A stretch of 63,739 nt of DNA, filler included, from Platydemus manokwari (Eukaryota), in the NCBI GenBank assembly GCA_037951405.1. It is 5 parts of 5 records of this genome, joined end to end, with 100 filler letters (N's around TTAATTAATTAA, not from the genome) between each part and the next. Parts side by side here need not be neighbours in the genome. Positions count along the whole stretch, not along the records: positions 40,009 to 54,730 come from JBBMOY011405868.1; positions 54,831 to 63,739 come from JBBMOY011331539.1; 3 more parts are not named here. One strand, given 5' to 3'. Positions within the stretch are counted from its first letter, which is position 1. Each line of letters opens with the position of its first letter. The position numbers were made by a program, and so were the translations under genes. The notes below the pieces were generated by a model. It was given only the letters and a program-made list of their open reading frames with translations. It was not told the DNA's origin and ran no database searches. Shown one piece after another: positions 40,600 to 55,600 of this stretch.

Positions 40600-42913
40600 A
40601 TTATGGTATTAGCTTTACAAATAGTACATTGCTACATTCCAGGCTCCAGTCCTTATACAGCTTCGCAAGAACATCAATCGGGCTATAGTCAATATTCTAC
40701 TCTTCCGCAAAACATATACAGTGCAAATGACACATTCATTACTGTTGGAAACCATCAAGCTGCTAGAGATTGATTCTCCAGATCTCACAAATACTATCTA
40801 CTGCTAGATCAGCCTTGTATATCGTCGAACTCTCTAGATTTGCCCCAAAGAAACAAGTCAAACCTTCATTATTACTTTTCAATTGCCAAACATCTTCAGA
40901 TTTCAAACTTCGTAGTAAATTTATCAGTGAGTCCAAAAAAACAATTAGAAGTATTCTTGGGTCCTCAACACCAAAATCTTAACCAACTTAGGAATAGATC
41001 ATAACACAATACACAATTCCAGCTTCCCCATTACTGCCATTAGAATTCTCTCCTACTCTATCTCGGCACTAAGATAACTCAAATCTCAAAGAAATCACAA
41101 TGGCAGAGATTGAAAACACATTCCAAAAATTCTCATAATCACCAGAGGGTTTAGACGGCATTAAGTTCAGAGACTGGAAGACTATAGATCCCGAACATGG
41201 TTTCTCGCTAACGATCTTAAACAAGATTCTTCGAGCAAAGGCCATACCAAATTAATGGGAAGAATGCAACACCATTTTCCTCCTTAAACTAGGCAAATAA
41301 TTAACCTCACATATTGTGTCCTAATGGTGCCAATAACTCTCCTAGACACATCATACCGAATTTTTGCAACTATTCTGAACTTACAAATTATTAATTAGAT
41401 GGAAGCTTGCAACCTTCTCTCTCTCTACCAAAAGGTAATGTTCGCCTCTGACGAATGTGCTGAACACAACGCCTTCTAATTTACCCTATCCGAATACACA
41501 ATTCAACAACATCAAGACTTACACCTCTGCTAGATCAATTTGAAAGAAGCATCTCCAAGCATACCACAAGACTTAATCTTGAGAAAATGGGATGCAACTC
41601 TCACTACCTTCAAATAATTGAAACCTTATACAACTACCCTATCCATTAACAATCCATCAAAGGCAATTTTCATCCCTAGGATACGCAGATGACATTGTCG
41701 TAGACAACTATAGAGAAAATCTTGAACAGAGATTCAATCATCTGATCCACAATACCGCTGGCATTCACCATGTCATAAATGTTACAAAGTGGGGTTACTA
41801 TTCCAGAAATCCAATGAGTCGTATTACAATACTTGATGAATTGGTTCCGGTTATTGAACACAATAACCTCTACAAATACTTGGGAGTTCTATTCGGCCTT
41901 CCAAAGCGAATGTCGATGACCAACATACTTCAATCGATCATATCAGACTTCGAAGCCATATCGGAGTCTTCACTGCATCCCTCTCAAAAGTTTCAAGCAT
42001 GCAGCACTTTTCTGCACTCAAAGCTCCAGTTTCACTTCCAAATTCAACTGGTTAAAAATACTAAATTCAACTCTGAACTGTGATCACTAATGAGGACAAC
42101 GAACTAGCCCAATCATTTGATAAAAATATCCGACTTATCTCTCGTAAAATACTGAGGCTGTAAAGCTCAAAAACCTGCAACAATTACAAATTCTACTCTC
42201 CACGCAAACTCGGAGGAATAGACCTAACTACTTCAGAGCATTGTTTGTGACTAGACTCGTATTCTTCATATTTATATCCACTGCCTGTCTACTCCAGGAC
42301 TAGCTTCAAAACTTCAAGCAATAATTTTATATAATTTAGGAAATTATCGACAGTCACTTAGCTTCGACACGAATATCGATATAACCCCATCGGAATCTAC
42401 GAGTAAACTACGGCCTAACTTGGTGATGCGTAACAAAAACAAATTTCAAGTCTACATCGTCGACCTCATAATTTTTTTTGATAAAAGTGACAACTTCCAA
42501 CGTCAATATAGAATTATTACCAAAGAGATCCTCAGGAAAACGAGATTCGCAACTCATCTCGATGCCATATCCATGACGACAAGATCCCATCGAATATCGG
42601 CATGAATAAAAAATAAATCACGTTTATCTCGGTATTCCTAATAACGACATTGCTCAGAAATGCTTACGCGCCATACAAGTCTCATACTGATCGAAGAAAT
42701 CCCAAAGAACGTCTATTGGGATCGACTACTAACTCTCGAGTACTGGGCAGCCAAAACAACAAGTATATAACAGAACTACTTGGTGATGTTGCAAAGCAAA
42801 TGAGAAGACTTCAAATGAAGAAATCTATAACCAGAATATTTGATATATCAATCTTAATAATTCAATTTAAAAACCGACGTGAGGACTTGTGGGACCCTGT
42901 CGTGAAAAATGTT

Positions 42914-42940
<27 letters not shown>
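40600..42940 (+). mobile_element. Degenerate NeSL/Utopia-like RLE LINE (RT to 3' region), ending in (TA)n
   Basis: SPEGLDGIKFRDWK, LLDTSYRIFATILN, ECAEHN, LGYADDI, YKYLGV, LHPSQKFQACSTFLHSKLQFHF, FYSPRKLGG and DLWDP, with many stops. Confidence 0.85.
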
Positions 42941-42946
<6 letters not shown>

Positions 42947-45258
42947 CCCAATCAACAAGAAACTTCAAAAGTAAGATGTTTTTTGTTGTTATATAAGCTT
43001 GTCCTGCAGCAAGTGTAGTTGTACGGGATTAAAAGTATCATAGAAGTATTTTGTTTTGGTATTAGCAGTGCGATAATCCCTATCGAAGAGTATTATTGTG
43101 TCATATTAGCCAGAAGTAAATTCTGAGCTAAGGTATCCAGAAGAAGTATCGGGACTTGGTCTTAGTTTTATTAACATAACTTTTTAGGGACTTAAGTTCC
43201 CTCGGTTTAAATTATCGGTGTAAAGTTCAATACAAATATATCTTAATCAGAAAGACGTATTTGTTTAACAATATATTTGTGTACATTTTTACAAATAACA
43301 GCAAATTGTACAACGACAATCAACAAAGGTAAAAGTCAAAATAGAGTAAAAATCAAATTCAAAATCGAATATGAAGTCAGAATCAAAATATTCAGAAAAG
43401 CTTTCAGGATCTTGAATGGCCATTCCTAGAATTTATAGATTACAATATGAATTTTGGCGTTCGAATTTTCCGCTGATCTCAAGCGTCCAAATACATGTTC
43501 CAGCTCTTATTTCCCCATGTCTTTTTTCAACCAAGTCTTTTTCAGAATGAGCCACTGCCGTCGGGTGATATGGGTCTCTATTAGTTTCTTAAATTCCATA
43601 TCTTTTAGACCCCGTTTCTTTTGAGTTTGGAGTTTTACTGTATTTGTGGATTCCTGTTATGCCGTTACCCTTTCTGTTTCGCCAGTTTTTTCTTATATCC
43701 ATTATATGAACTGGTGATTTTTCATCTTCATCTTCGCTCTCCCCACTAACTGAGTAATCCACCAATCAGTCTATGGTTTATGAATGTATAATCAGATGAT
43801 TTTTAAAATTCTATCCCGAATAATTAGTGAATATAACATTTTTATTTGAAAAAACAAAAAAGTCATTGAATTGAATCAATGTTTAACGAACACTCATATT
43901 GGTTTTTGTTACTGAACTCTATTGATAGTATCACTCAATAGTTTCTATAGCGAAGTTCAAGATAAAATCAAAATGTAATTATCAAAGGGATTTTATAACC
44001 TGATCTAATAGCAGCCTTGAGAAGAAAAATAAACATTTACATAAATGTAAGGCTATTTTACAATAGTAAAAATTATCCTTGATACATTTATATCGAACTT
44101 ATTCATTCATTATATTCATAATAATTTTATAATTTTCAAACATAAATATTAAACTGACTATCAAAAGGGAAAAATATCAGTACAGTTTATCTTGATTAAA
44201 ATTTATCGCCAAGATATATTTTAATATATATAAGCCTATAAATCCTGAAACGAAAAATATAAGAACCTCATATTAATAAATACTAATGCCAATTTCAGTC
44301 AGATTTTATCAGTTCCTATTTTTAAAACAAAAATTAAAACTCCAATGCGATTTGATCTATTATTCCAAAAAATATTATGAATCTAAATTATTTCTCCACA
44401 TTTGGTAGACCAGCTGTTCCAACTGCCAATTTCCACTAGCTCCAACAGGCTTCCCGTGAAACTCATTGAATTCCGTTTATTACAACAAATTAATCATCTG
44501 TGGCATTGATAAGAGAAATAAATATTAATATCTTCAACATTCAATAACTAACGAAATCCCCATTTGATTTTCAGATCAATACTGACATTTATTTATATAA
44601 GTTCTTTCGAACCAATTTCTCTTAAAATGATTATTATTGGAAAACAGAACTATTGAAAAAACAGAAATTCATTATCGAGAAAAATCGATATTAGAAATTT
44701 TCGAATAATATAGATCAAAACAACATATAAGAAAACATTTACAATTCCACATAGAGTTAAATCATTTAATTTGGGATTATGCTGGAATACAAGTCTAATA
44801 CAATCTCGAAAATGTTTACATTTAAAACGATTATTATTTAGTTTCATTTCATAATTATAGACACACGAACATACACAGAATCATACACATACACATACAC
44901 ACACAGAGAAGCTTATATAAACCAAAATTATTTAAATCAAAATTCGTCCAAATTCAACCGAAATAATAAATAAAATCCAATTGACAAAATGGAGGTCAAA
45001 TATTTCCACATTTTCAAAAAAACATTTTTTATAAATCATGATAATAAATATCATATTATTAATAATAATACACAATAAAAATCAAAATAAATGTAAAAAA
45101 AACTCTGTCGTATCATCTTTGCTTCGGTAATCAATACTTAAATACCAGACAATCAAATCAACAAATAAATAATCATAACAAATTTGATGCTAGTAAATAA
45201 ATAATAATGAGCACATATCGAAAGGTTTGAAGAAATATATTTAATCTGATCAACCAAG

Positions 45259-48200
45259 CTATTTCGTATCGTTGCACGACACACTTTCCAGATTCTTTAT
45301 CATATCGAGTACGCGAGATTTTCGATTTTCAGGAGAAACGATCTACAACATGAAATAAGATTTCATTAATAGTTACATGAGTTATTTGCGAAGTAATTTT
45401 ATATAACAAGTATCGATTTGAAATTACCGTAGAAACAATTCATTTGGTTCAAACAAATATCGACTAATGTATTCAATGATTTCAATATTTGTTGTTCATC
45501 TTATACTTCAATTGTCAATGACACAGGTGAAATTATGTTAATAAATGTGACGAAATTGATATTACGTGAATATTGCTTTTAATTAATCAGTAGCTTATTC
45601 GATAAGTAAAAAATAGAACGAAATCAATATTTATTGAATATTTAGTGATCGGGTATTTTACTATTTTATTATATATTTAATTTTATATTTCACTATCGCA
45701 TTATCGACATAAAAGCAATTTTATTACAAATATTAATATGAAATTTAGATTATCTTATTTTTGTAAGACAACTCTAATAGCAATAGAAATAGAATTTTAT
45801 CCAAACATATTATCTGAACGATTTAAAATTCATTGAAAAATTGTCCATTGTCATCAGTAACAGATTGAAATCGTATTAGTATTAATAAAATAAAAATAAA
45901 TTCAAAACAATTGAAACACTACTAATATTAAGACTAACATTCGAGAATACATGATTTTGAAATGCGACTAAGAAACAACAACAATTTAAGCAGAATTGAT
46001 TTAGAATAATAAATATTTTCAAAATCATGCATTGTAAATAACAAACAAAATTAGAACAGATCCGCGTAAAAGCAATGTTAATTATAAACGATTAATTCAA
46101 TCTTGATACTCGATTGAATACAAATATGCTCACAAAATGATCTCATTGAATATCAATAACAGGCTAAAATAGATACAAAATTTATGCGATTACATTTCTC
46201 TATTGAAAACTATCTCATATTAAAAATGCTTATCACTCATATCGGAAAATCTTAATGTGTTTTATCGATTAAACACTACTCAAATTTACACAAGATGGCT
46301 ATCGAAAATTACTATTGATCTCACTTAAAATTCAAGCATTTTTATAAATAAAAACACATTTATGGTTTGAAAATCGGGTCATCAAATGATATTATTTGAT
46401 ATTGAAACGATGAACATCTTTGAAAAAATAAAATGTTACAATTATAAAATCAATAAAATGATGCGTTTATATTTTAATGGTTGCAGATTATTTCTGAAAA
46501 TAATGCTTCAAAACGATTAATAGTCATGAGTTAATCAAAAATCAAACATATATACACGACATCTTTGAAGTTAAATCGAACGTTATTAGAAATCGGACAG
46601 GTTAGTTTATGTTTTATATGATTGTAAAAAATAAAAATATGTATGACAATTATAATGATATTATTGCTTGATAAATTCGTATGAATATGTCGTGTATCAT
46701 AAGAATGATCGTAAACATCATTCACATGGAAAATATGATCCAATAAATAATATACTCTTTCAAAACCAAAAAAAATCTTAAATGTCGTATTTAAAAAAAC
46801 TACAAAGTCATCTTGGATGAGTTTTCTAAGAATCTCAGACATTTACATGCCAAAATTGCATATATAAAGCTAGATAAAAGTAAAAAACGACGAGTATTTT
46901 ATTGAAATCATCAGAATATATTTTATGAACATTGTTTTATTCACATAAAATTTTAATAAAAAATAATTTAAAATTACTTTTTGTTATACATTGGATTAAA
47001 ATGGGAGAAAAGAAAATTATATGCACATGAAACAAAACGCATATAACAAGCATCATGATAAAATACATAATAATTAATCAATTCTTTTAAAGATACTTAT
47101 CTTTTACCTCTGTTTATATAGAATGATTTAATATAATATAATTATTTTCATTTTTGTTCTGTCAAAAATCATTAATAGCGCAAAAATTTATATATAGTTA
47201 TATAATTATCTTTCACTGTGCTATGTCATTTATAAATACTAGCTTAGATTGCTTACAATTTTGATCTATGAAACATTGATTGACTGGTTTCTTTCAGTAA
47301 AGATTTGTTTAATATACATATTGATTTCAACTAACAGAAATGTCTACGACTCCGGACAGATTGCCATATTAATTGTGAACAAAATCGTTTCAGTAAAACA
47401 ATCTATTAATAACCATAATTAATAATTGAATCAATTTAAGTTGGCTTTCACATTGGTTTAATTGAAACAAGTACTACTTAAATAATATTGTAAATCTAAT
47501 TATTTTTCGTTTAAATTGAACACACACACACACGCACATATACCCCAAAACTTAAGAACAAGAAAGGATTTGCTTATATAATGTTCTGAAATAATTGTAA
47601 ATATCCAACAAATGAAAATAAATGATATCAACATCATCATTTATTATGACAATCAATTACCATTGACAACTCAAGACCATAATACAGAAATTGACCATAT
47701 TTAGTTGAAACCAAACATAAAAAAGGAATTTTTGTGTTAAAATCGATAAATTTTGATCCGTTTAAATATTATTACTCAATGAATTTCAAGGAAGTTATTA
47801 ATCAATTAAGAATCAAATTCCCATGAATCCATACTTTATAATCGTCGATCTTAACAAGCATTTGTTAAATATTATAAATGGCAAGAATAATATTCAACTC
47901 ATAGAAATCATCAATAAATTACTACAATTTTACAAATATGATGAGTTAAGTGGTATTTTTATAAACACATTGACCGATCAAGAATAAATAATTCAAGCCG
48001 TGAAAATAAATATTCACATTTTGTGAAATTTTACAAAAAACAACTGGCTCTCATTGTGAGCTGCTCATTGGAATAGAATTATAAATGATTCAATAAAACA
48101 GGAACAAAATCTGTTATAACAAGAAATTTAAAATCTTGAACAAATAACAGAACCTAATATAATTATTCTATTTTTAAAAAAAATGTTATTTAGTTGCTAG

Positions 48201-49620
48201 TTTCTCGTGTGAATAATATTTATAAAGATTTTAAAATTAATACATTACAATAAATGATCAAATTTCATATTTTACTGATCACTGATTTATAGATTAAAAT
48301 TTATAAAATACAAATAGGCATTACAAAAACAGATTTCATATCACTGAAAATATTATTAAAAATTGCATGATAACTTACGGTGGGTTTGGCAGTTACTGGA
48401 GGAGAATTATTGGGAATAGATGAGGACGGTTTGGTTTCTTGAACGTCTATTGATGATACATTTCCAATTTTAGGATTTGTTGAATTATTCATTGGAGTAT
48501 ATCGATTGACCTTGATCTTATTACTGTCAACTTGATCATCTTTGGGATTAGAAGATTCGTGAATAGAATCGATTTGTGTTTTACTTGAGGGTGCCCATGA
48601 TGTGCGCTTAAGAACGACTTTACTGAGTTCGTTATTCGAACTATCTAAATTTGATGGAATTCTATTGTGAACTGGTCTTAAAGCTACATTTGGTCGTGAG
48701 GGTTTTGATTGATCTTCGAATTTCGATTTGTTCAATTTGAACTGGGATTTTACCGGATCTTCGTCAATTAACGTTGTAGCACCATGATCATTGTTGGAAT
48801 CAGCATTATTTTCAGTGGAAGATATTTCGTTCAAATCGCATTTCACAGCTGTATCACCACTTTCATTTGGCTGAATAGTATTAATTGAGGACGGGTTCGG
48901 AATTGGACATTTTTCTTCACGAAAATCATGAGAATCAGAATTTCGTTTAGTTTCTTGTAAAGGCACATTTTCAATGTCATTTGTATTCATGACGAGAACT
49001 TCGGGAAGTGGTATTTGAGTTGACGATGGAAGATCAACTTTAACTGTGTTATCTGTCGTTGAGCATGGACTCATTAAAATGTCTTCCTCGATAATTGTTG
49101 ATGAATTTGAAGCTGGTTGACAATCTTCTTCACTTATCTCTTCTAATATGTCACGGTTTTCACGAACTGGCGAAAAATTTCCAGACTCTTTCAATTTGTC
49201 TCCAGAAATTGATTTCCCTGTATCACTGGCTTTGGGCCTAGCACGTCTAGGGCGCGAAGCAGCAATTTTCTGTCTTGCAGCTGTAGAATCTAATAAGCTA
49301 GCTGTTGTGGTTTTGCTAATTGGTGTGGTAAGATCGACAACAATTCCAATATCATCATTAGAATCGATTACAGAACGAGACATTGATTCACCATCACTTG
49401 TTGTATAATTGCAAGCGGCATTTCCAGATAATAAACTATTAGAACTATGTGATAATGACGATGAAGAATACGGTGTTCGAGATTCATTGAAGATTTGACG
49501 TGGTGATATACTACTCGGACAATTTCCTGATGGTGAATCCGGGGTTTTCGATGAATCACTTTCATCATCTTTCTTTGGTTTGGGAGGATTTTTATTTCGC
49601 AATTTCAATGCTAATTCATT
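45259..49620 (-). CDS. 3' portion of a Ser/Pro/Asn-rich disordered protein, DUF4592/CRACD (KIAA1211)-like
   Basis: A large open exon at 49620-48379 (AG|NELALKLRN...SLLDSTAARQKIAASRPRRARP...TAKPT|GTAAGT) splices in phase 0 to a terminal exon at 45342-45259 (IVSPENRKSRVLDMIKNLESVSCNDTK*). The LD.sAAR.K...P motif recalls DUF4592 proteins. The 5' exons were not identified. Confidence 0.6.
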
Positions 49621-52600
49621 CTAAAATTGAAAGAAATTTTTTGTTGAAATCAAACACCAATAAAAATTTCTCATTAGAAACAAAAGACAAATCAGTATTC
49701 ATTATAAAAGCAAATAAATTTCAAACTTTACAGCAAAGTTTATTGGTAAACTCATTGTAAAATCTTTCACAATTCAATTTCCTGAGTAAAACAAAAGTAC
49801 GACGGCTACTCTTTTCTTTTGGTGAAATCAATATTAAAACAAACAAAATACGTCAATTTATGTGGCCACAGAACTTACTACTAATATAATACGAGATTGA
49901 ACAATGAAATAAAATTAATGAACACACGCATACATATTCACTATCTCCTAAAGCTTTACATGTGTGCATACTTAATAATGTTAGTATGTCTGATTTAATA
50001 TTTTATGTATTAAACTCATTGTTCAAATAACACAACACATTTTCACAATATATCGCATTGAAGAGAACACACACGCACGCACACAATCTAATATGTATAT
50101 TTATACATAGAATTTCAAAACAGGCAGCAATTTGAAACTGAGATCAATTGGAATGATAACTCAATATGCCAACTGAAATTACATTTTTTTCAGATCTGAT
50201 GGTGATGACAAATAATACTAATCTCTTAGAAATTTTGCGCATATATCGAAAGGAATAGTTTTTCAAAGAATGAATTACATATATAAGAAATCTACTGAAA
50301 AATATATTATTAATGATTATATTTTGATATGACAGTGGGAGACAAATTCCAAACGATTCTTTCGAATTGAAATTTATAATTACTATTAATTAAAATTGCA
50401 ACGCGTCAAGAGGATTATGCAAATCATTTATTTACATATTTTTATGAATTACTTGCATTAAATTGATTATGATATAACACAATGCTTTTAACTCATGATG
50501 CTGATATTTCTCATGATAATAATGGCATCATTGATGATAATATCAATAATTACTTGATAAATCATTAGGTAATGACTTAAACTTTAATACTAGCTTCGCA
50601 ACAAGTCACAAAACAAATTATTAGGAGATCTTGTTACGCAATACCCCAATGATAGTGTTAGATCAGTTGATTCAAATGATTTAAATGTCAAATAGTTTTT
50701 ATATTAAGCTCAAACAACAGATCAGTTGTGCTATTAGAACTATAATAAATGAACTTTGTTTCTTATTCAATAAAATTTTCATAACACCGATGTAAATAAA
50801 ATTAAATTAATTGGATGTATCATTTACAAATGGATAGTACGAAACCTGGAATCACAAGGATAAAAAATCAAATAAACATCTTTTGTTAAATCGAGATTAC
50901 TAAATATATGTTGTCATTGGTGACCAAATTTTCTAAAACCAAATTATAAATGACATTAGTGTATTATTATTCCATTCTATAAGTATGAACTATTTTTCTA
51001 TGAATTCAATTAAATCTCAAGTGAAGCAACAAAAAAGTTTTGAAGTCATTTTATAATCATCAAACGTTGAAGCTATTGATGATTTTTAACAATCTAAACT
51101 CTTATTCACATCATGCGTATTATAGATTAAGACAAATTGCACTTATTAAATATATAGTATATTGATAATGAATAATTTCATCTCAAGCTAATTATATCCA
51201 GAAATTGAATAAGTTCAACATTCAAAGGATATCTTCACACATTTCAGAGAATAAAAAATCGATTCTTTTCAAATCTTATCTCGAATTATATCTTTATAAA
51301 ATTTATTGTTGCAATTGATTCATTTTTATGGGAAACTATATAGATCATTACAATTTAATGACGTAATACGAGTAGATTTTTTTAATGCTTTTCTTCAGCT
51401 CTCTTTTTTCACATTTGTTTTATTGGACTAGTAACCATCTTTCACAGAAGAGATTGTGTATCATTCTAATTTGATTATCAATGATTTTCTGCATTTTATT
51501 CACATTACCATTATTAATCTTATCTTAAATCCAGGTTACACAAAACCGATATGTGTTGCTTAATTCTAATGAAAATCAATATCAATATTAGAATGTATTG
51601 AAAAGTATCAAATATATTTTATTAAACATCACACGGAGGAAATATGCGGCTCAAGACTCAATTCAAAATTTCCCATGAAAACCTTTGCAGTTTAAGTTGT
51701 AAATACAATGATAAGCTTCAATTCTGATAAAAACAGGATAAACAATGTTATTTATTAACATAAAGTACTTTTTTTTATTTAAGAATTTTTGATAGTCCAC
51801 ATTTTATTAACTAAATGTTTGAGGAGCTTTAAAAATTCTTATCGAGATTTTTACCCTAAATTTATTGCTCATCAGGAGTGATTAATGAAATATCATCTAA
51901 AAATAATTTTAACAAATAAACTTCTTTCATTAAAAAAAGAGCAATCATGATTTTGATAATTTTTAAATCATAATTTTTCTAAATTCGAAATAAAACATTC
52001 TAAAAGAACCTGGTTAATTGTTGATAATAAATTTGATAATAATGAACAAAAATGAAAAGTGCAATAACATTGGATGACGACAATGATATGATAACTGAAA
52101 TGACCACGTGTTCAAATACAGCAATTAGTTCTATTTGCTGTTGTTATTAAAAAAAAGATCAATCTTTTGACTACCTGCTGGAATTAGTAATAGTCACTCA
52201 GAAAACACACATAACTCATGCAGGACAAAATAATTTTAATAACGAAAATAAGAATTCCCTAAACAATCATTATTTCAAACAATCGAATACTTCAAAAAAT
52301 AAAATAATATTCATTAATCTTGATTTACAAACATGTATTTACATCATAAAACAATCAAAACGACACAGATTTTCAAAAACATGTAGGAACGAAATCTTAT
52401 CATAAATTGTACTGATAAATTATCATAATATAACCTACTAATAAATAGTGAGCAGTACAATATTTACAAATTAATATATTTTAATGACACGAAACAGTAA
52501 TTTGAATATTTTTACTTCCTATAGTTTTAATTTCGATGCTTTCAATACCAAATTAAATTATAATTACGTTTTTGGCTTAAGTTTAGAAAAAGAGTCCTTT

Positions 52601-55600
52601 GACCTACTTTCGTTATAATGAATTTTGGCGCATGAAATAATTTTAATTTTATATATAACTGCTATGTTTGATTTATTCGTATAATTCAGTAAATATCTCA
52701 TTTTTAAGATGTCTACTAGTGACAAAACATGTTCCTATTCTAATCACAACACTTTTCTATGATTATTTGAGTTAAATTTAAATTTTTATAATTATAAATC
52801 GAGTTAGTTAATTTTAGATATGTTTAATAATATTGCTTATTTTTATAAAATAATTGTAAACATTGATAATATTTCTCAATTTGCGTTTAATGTTAAAAAG
52901 GGGTCGTCGCTAATTTTCAATAAATTGCAACTCGACCTACTTTTTTCATTTTTTCAAATAATCAAATTTTAGGTGATTTTTAAGCTCTAGTTTATTTAAT
53001 ATTTGATTTCAAACAACTAAAATTCTTCTTAAGCACTTAAATAAAAAAAATTGAAAATGTTTTTAAAGAATATAATTAAATAAACTATATAGAATTTTGC
53101 AATACACTCAACACATTTAAAATGTCATTTTAGGACCTTTTTTTAATTTTAGCCACGTTTTTCAATATTAATAAATATGAAAGCTTTGATGAAAGAAATA
53201 TTTAACAATTATGAGAAAAGATCAAAAATAATATTAAATTGGAATATAATTCACCTTAGATTTCACAACCTTGTACTTGAAAATATTTCAGATGGTTTAT
53301 AATTTTTTATTGGTTCTTATAATTGATGTTGAACGAAACTTGAAATTAAATTGCGATATATTTTTCCCTTGATCGATTGCTTTAGTTTGTCAGGAGATTA
53401 AACAAACAGCTCTCTGAAGCTTTGATTTAACAAGATATATCATTAATTATTTTGATAATTATTTCCAGTAGAGATCCGATATTTGCATCGAAGCATTTTT
53501 GAAAATTCGGTCCTATTGTATTTTGTCATTATGAATCTTTAACAAACTCACTTGATTTACATCTTCAGAAATGTGATCCCAAAACAAAGTGGATTAATAA
53601 GTAATCACACTTAATGTTGCCATTATAATTTGAAATAGTGCTCATCACATTACAAACTGAGTGCATTAGGCAATAAGTCTTTAATTTTGTTAGCAGTTAT
53701 GAGGATGTTTGACAATCGTTGCAGTTGTTTACGGTCAATTGTACATAAGATAATAAATACTAACAATGTCTTCTTCAAAAGAGACTACAAACTGTGATAC
53801 TACTTAACCATGGAATGTACTTCATTTAATTTATTTATTATAAAATTATTAAAGAATATTCTTCATTAATATCCATAATCAGCTTTTCGAAATAGATTAG
53901 TTCCTCTTATTAAGTATAACATAACAATCTTCGAAATATTGAAAATAGAAAAATACTGTGGCAGGAGTTGATGTTTCTGATAACAAAATTCTAAAGTGAA
54001 AAAAGAAAAAAAACCGCAATAAAAAATTAACAAAAAAACCAAAAATGACCTGAACAAACAAACACAAAAATTATTAAAATAAAACATCCAAATAATTAAT
54101 TAAAAATGACTTTATTCTTGAACATTGATTTGAATAATAATTATATCAAGTAATTGAAACAATCTTAGAAAACTCAAAGCCGGCTCCACCCAAAAAGCAT
54201 GGGGAAATAATTGTTATTATCATAAAGAATACAAAAGATCTAAAACTAAATTCAGAACTAAAAACACCTAAAGCACAAAACTAAATACAAAAGGTAACAA
54301 AAATAATGAAAAACAACAACCTCTCCGTCAAAAACTAAACAAAGTTTCTAACTTTAAACAAATCTATTACGATACAATGTACTCTTCATATAACTCACAG
54401 CAAGAATATAGGCTAAATATATAGCAACAAAAAAATTAGAAAAACAACATATTAAACAAACGGAAAAGCGTGAAAGAAATCATTTCAACTATATCAGAAA
54501 CAATAAAGAAAAGACAATATATTTCATTAACAATAAAAATCTCACTAAGTTTTGGGTTGGGAAAAAAAACAAAACTAAAGTACGACCATTAGAAAATAAA
54601 AACTAACAACTTTTAAAGTAAGCTGAAAAGAACGAATACAAAATCACTGATTGTAAATACCAGGTTGAGTCAAAAGTTATTCATGTTTTTATGCAGGTAT
54701 TTTATTAACACAAATTGTTATAACGCTGAANNNNNNNNNNNNNNNNNNNNNNNNNNNNNNNNNNNNNNNNNNNNTTAATTAATTAANNNNNNNNNNNNNN
54801 NNNNNNNNNNNNNNNNNNNNNNNNNNNNNNTGTGCGTGGCAAGTCAAAAATTTTCATTATCAAGAAATCAATGATGAATATGGATTATTTAAATTACTAT
54901 TATAAATAGATTGATAGATTATTTAAATTACTATTATAAATTCAAGTGTGGTCGGGATAATGAACAAGTACCAAAAAATCTTGATAACGAAACCTCACAT
55001 TACTTAATTCGTTACATTACAAGATGGCATGGAAGACACGAAATATCCGTACAAAATCTAATTATAAGGCACGAATTACAAATAATTTCCATTTCAAAAG
55101 GAAAATCAATAATTTTATAATGCCCCTACTTTAACGTGTTACTGTTTGGAAATATTCTTATGAAAAATCTAAAAATAATGTGCCTTTCAGATTATATTTA
55201 TATTGGTTCGGTAATTTTTTTACAAAAATTTTATGCTCTAAGAATTCGACAAATGCTTTTAAAATCCGATAGGAATATAGATTTGGAATGAATACATTTT
55301 CAACTAATAGATTAATAGAGTAAATTAATAGATTAATAATATAATGCATTTTCAATAGATTCGATTTGTGTAAGTTTGTGATTATCCTCAATTAAATTGT
55401 TCTCACTTGAAAATCAATACAAAAATTGTTCAGAATAACTGCCATTTGTCACTTTATTACATAAAAACAAAAATCATTTTTATTAGTCAAACTGTTTATT
55501 CGTTAAACGTTTATTTTTTGGCTTGAACAGATAGCATTATATTTTATCGCCATTAATGTTTAGTAAATATACCAACATTTAAATTATTTGAACGCAAATA

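Noticed and set aside
43000-43800. Solo-LTR-like stretches (also about 59750-60250 and 61020-61650)
   Set aside because: Only the texture is suggestive. I could not define TG...CA ends, TSDs or a partner copy.
49148-49760. Overlapping short ORFs around the 435-aa ORF
   Set aside because: Alternative-frame or antisense shadows of the real exon.
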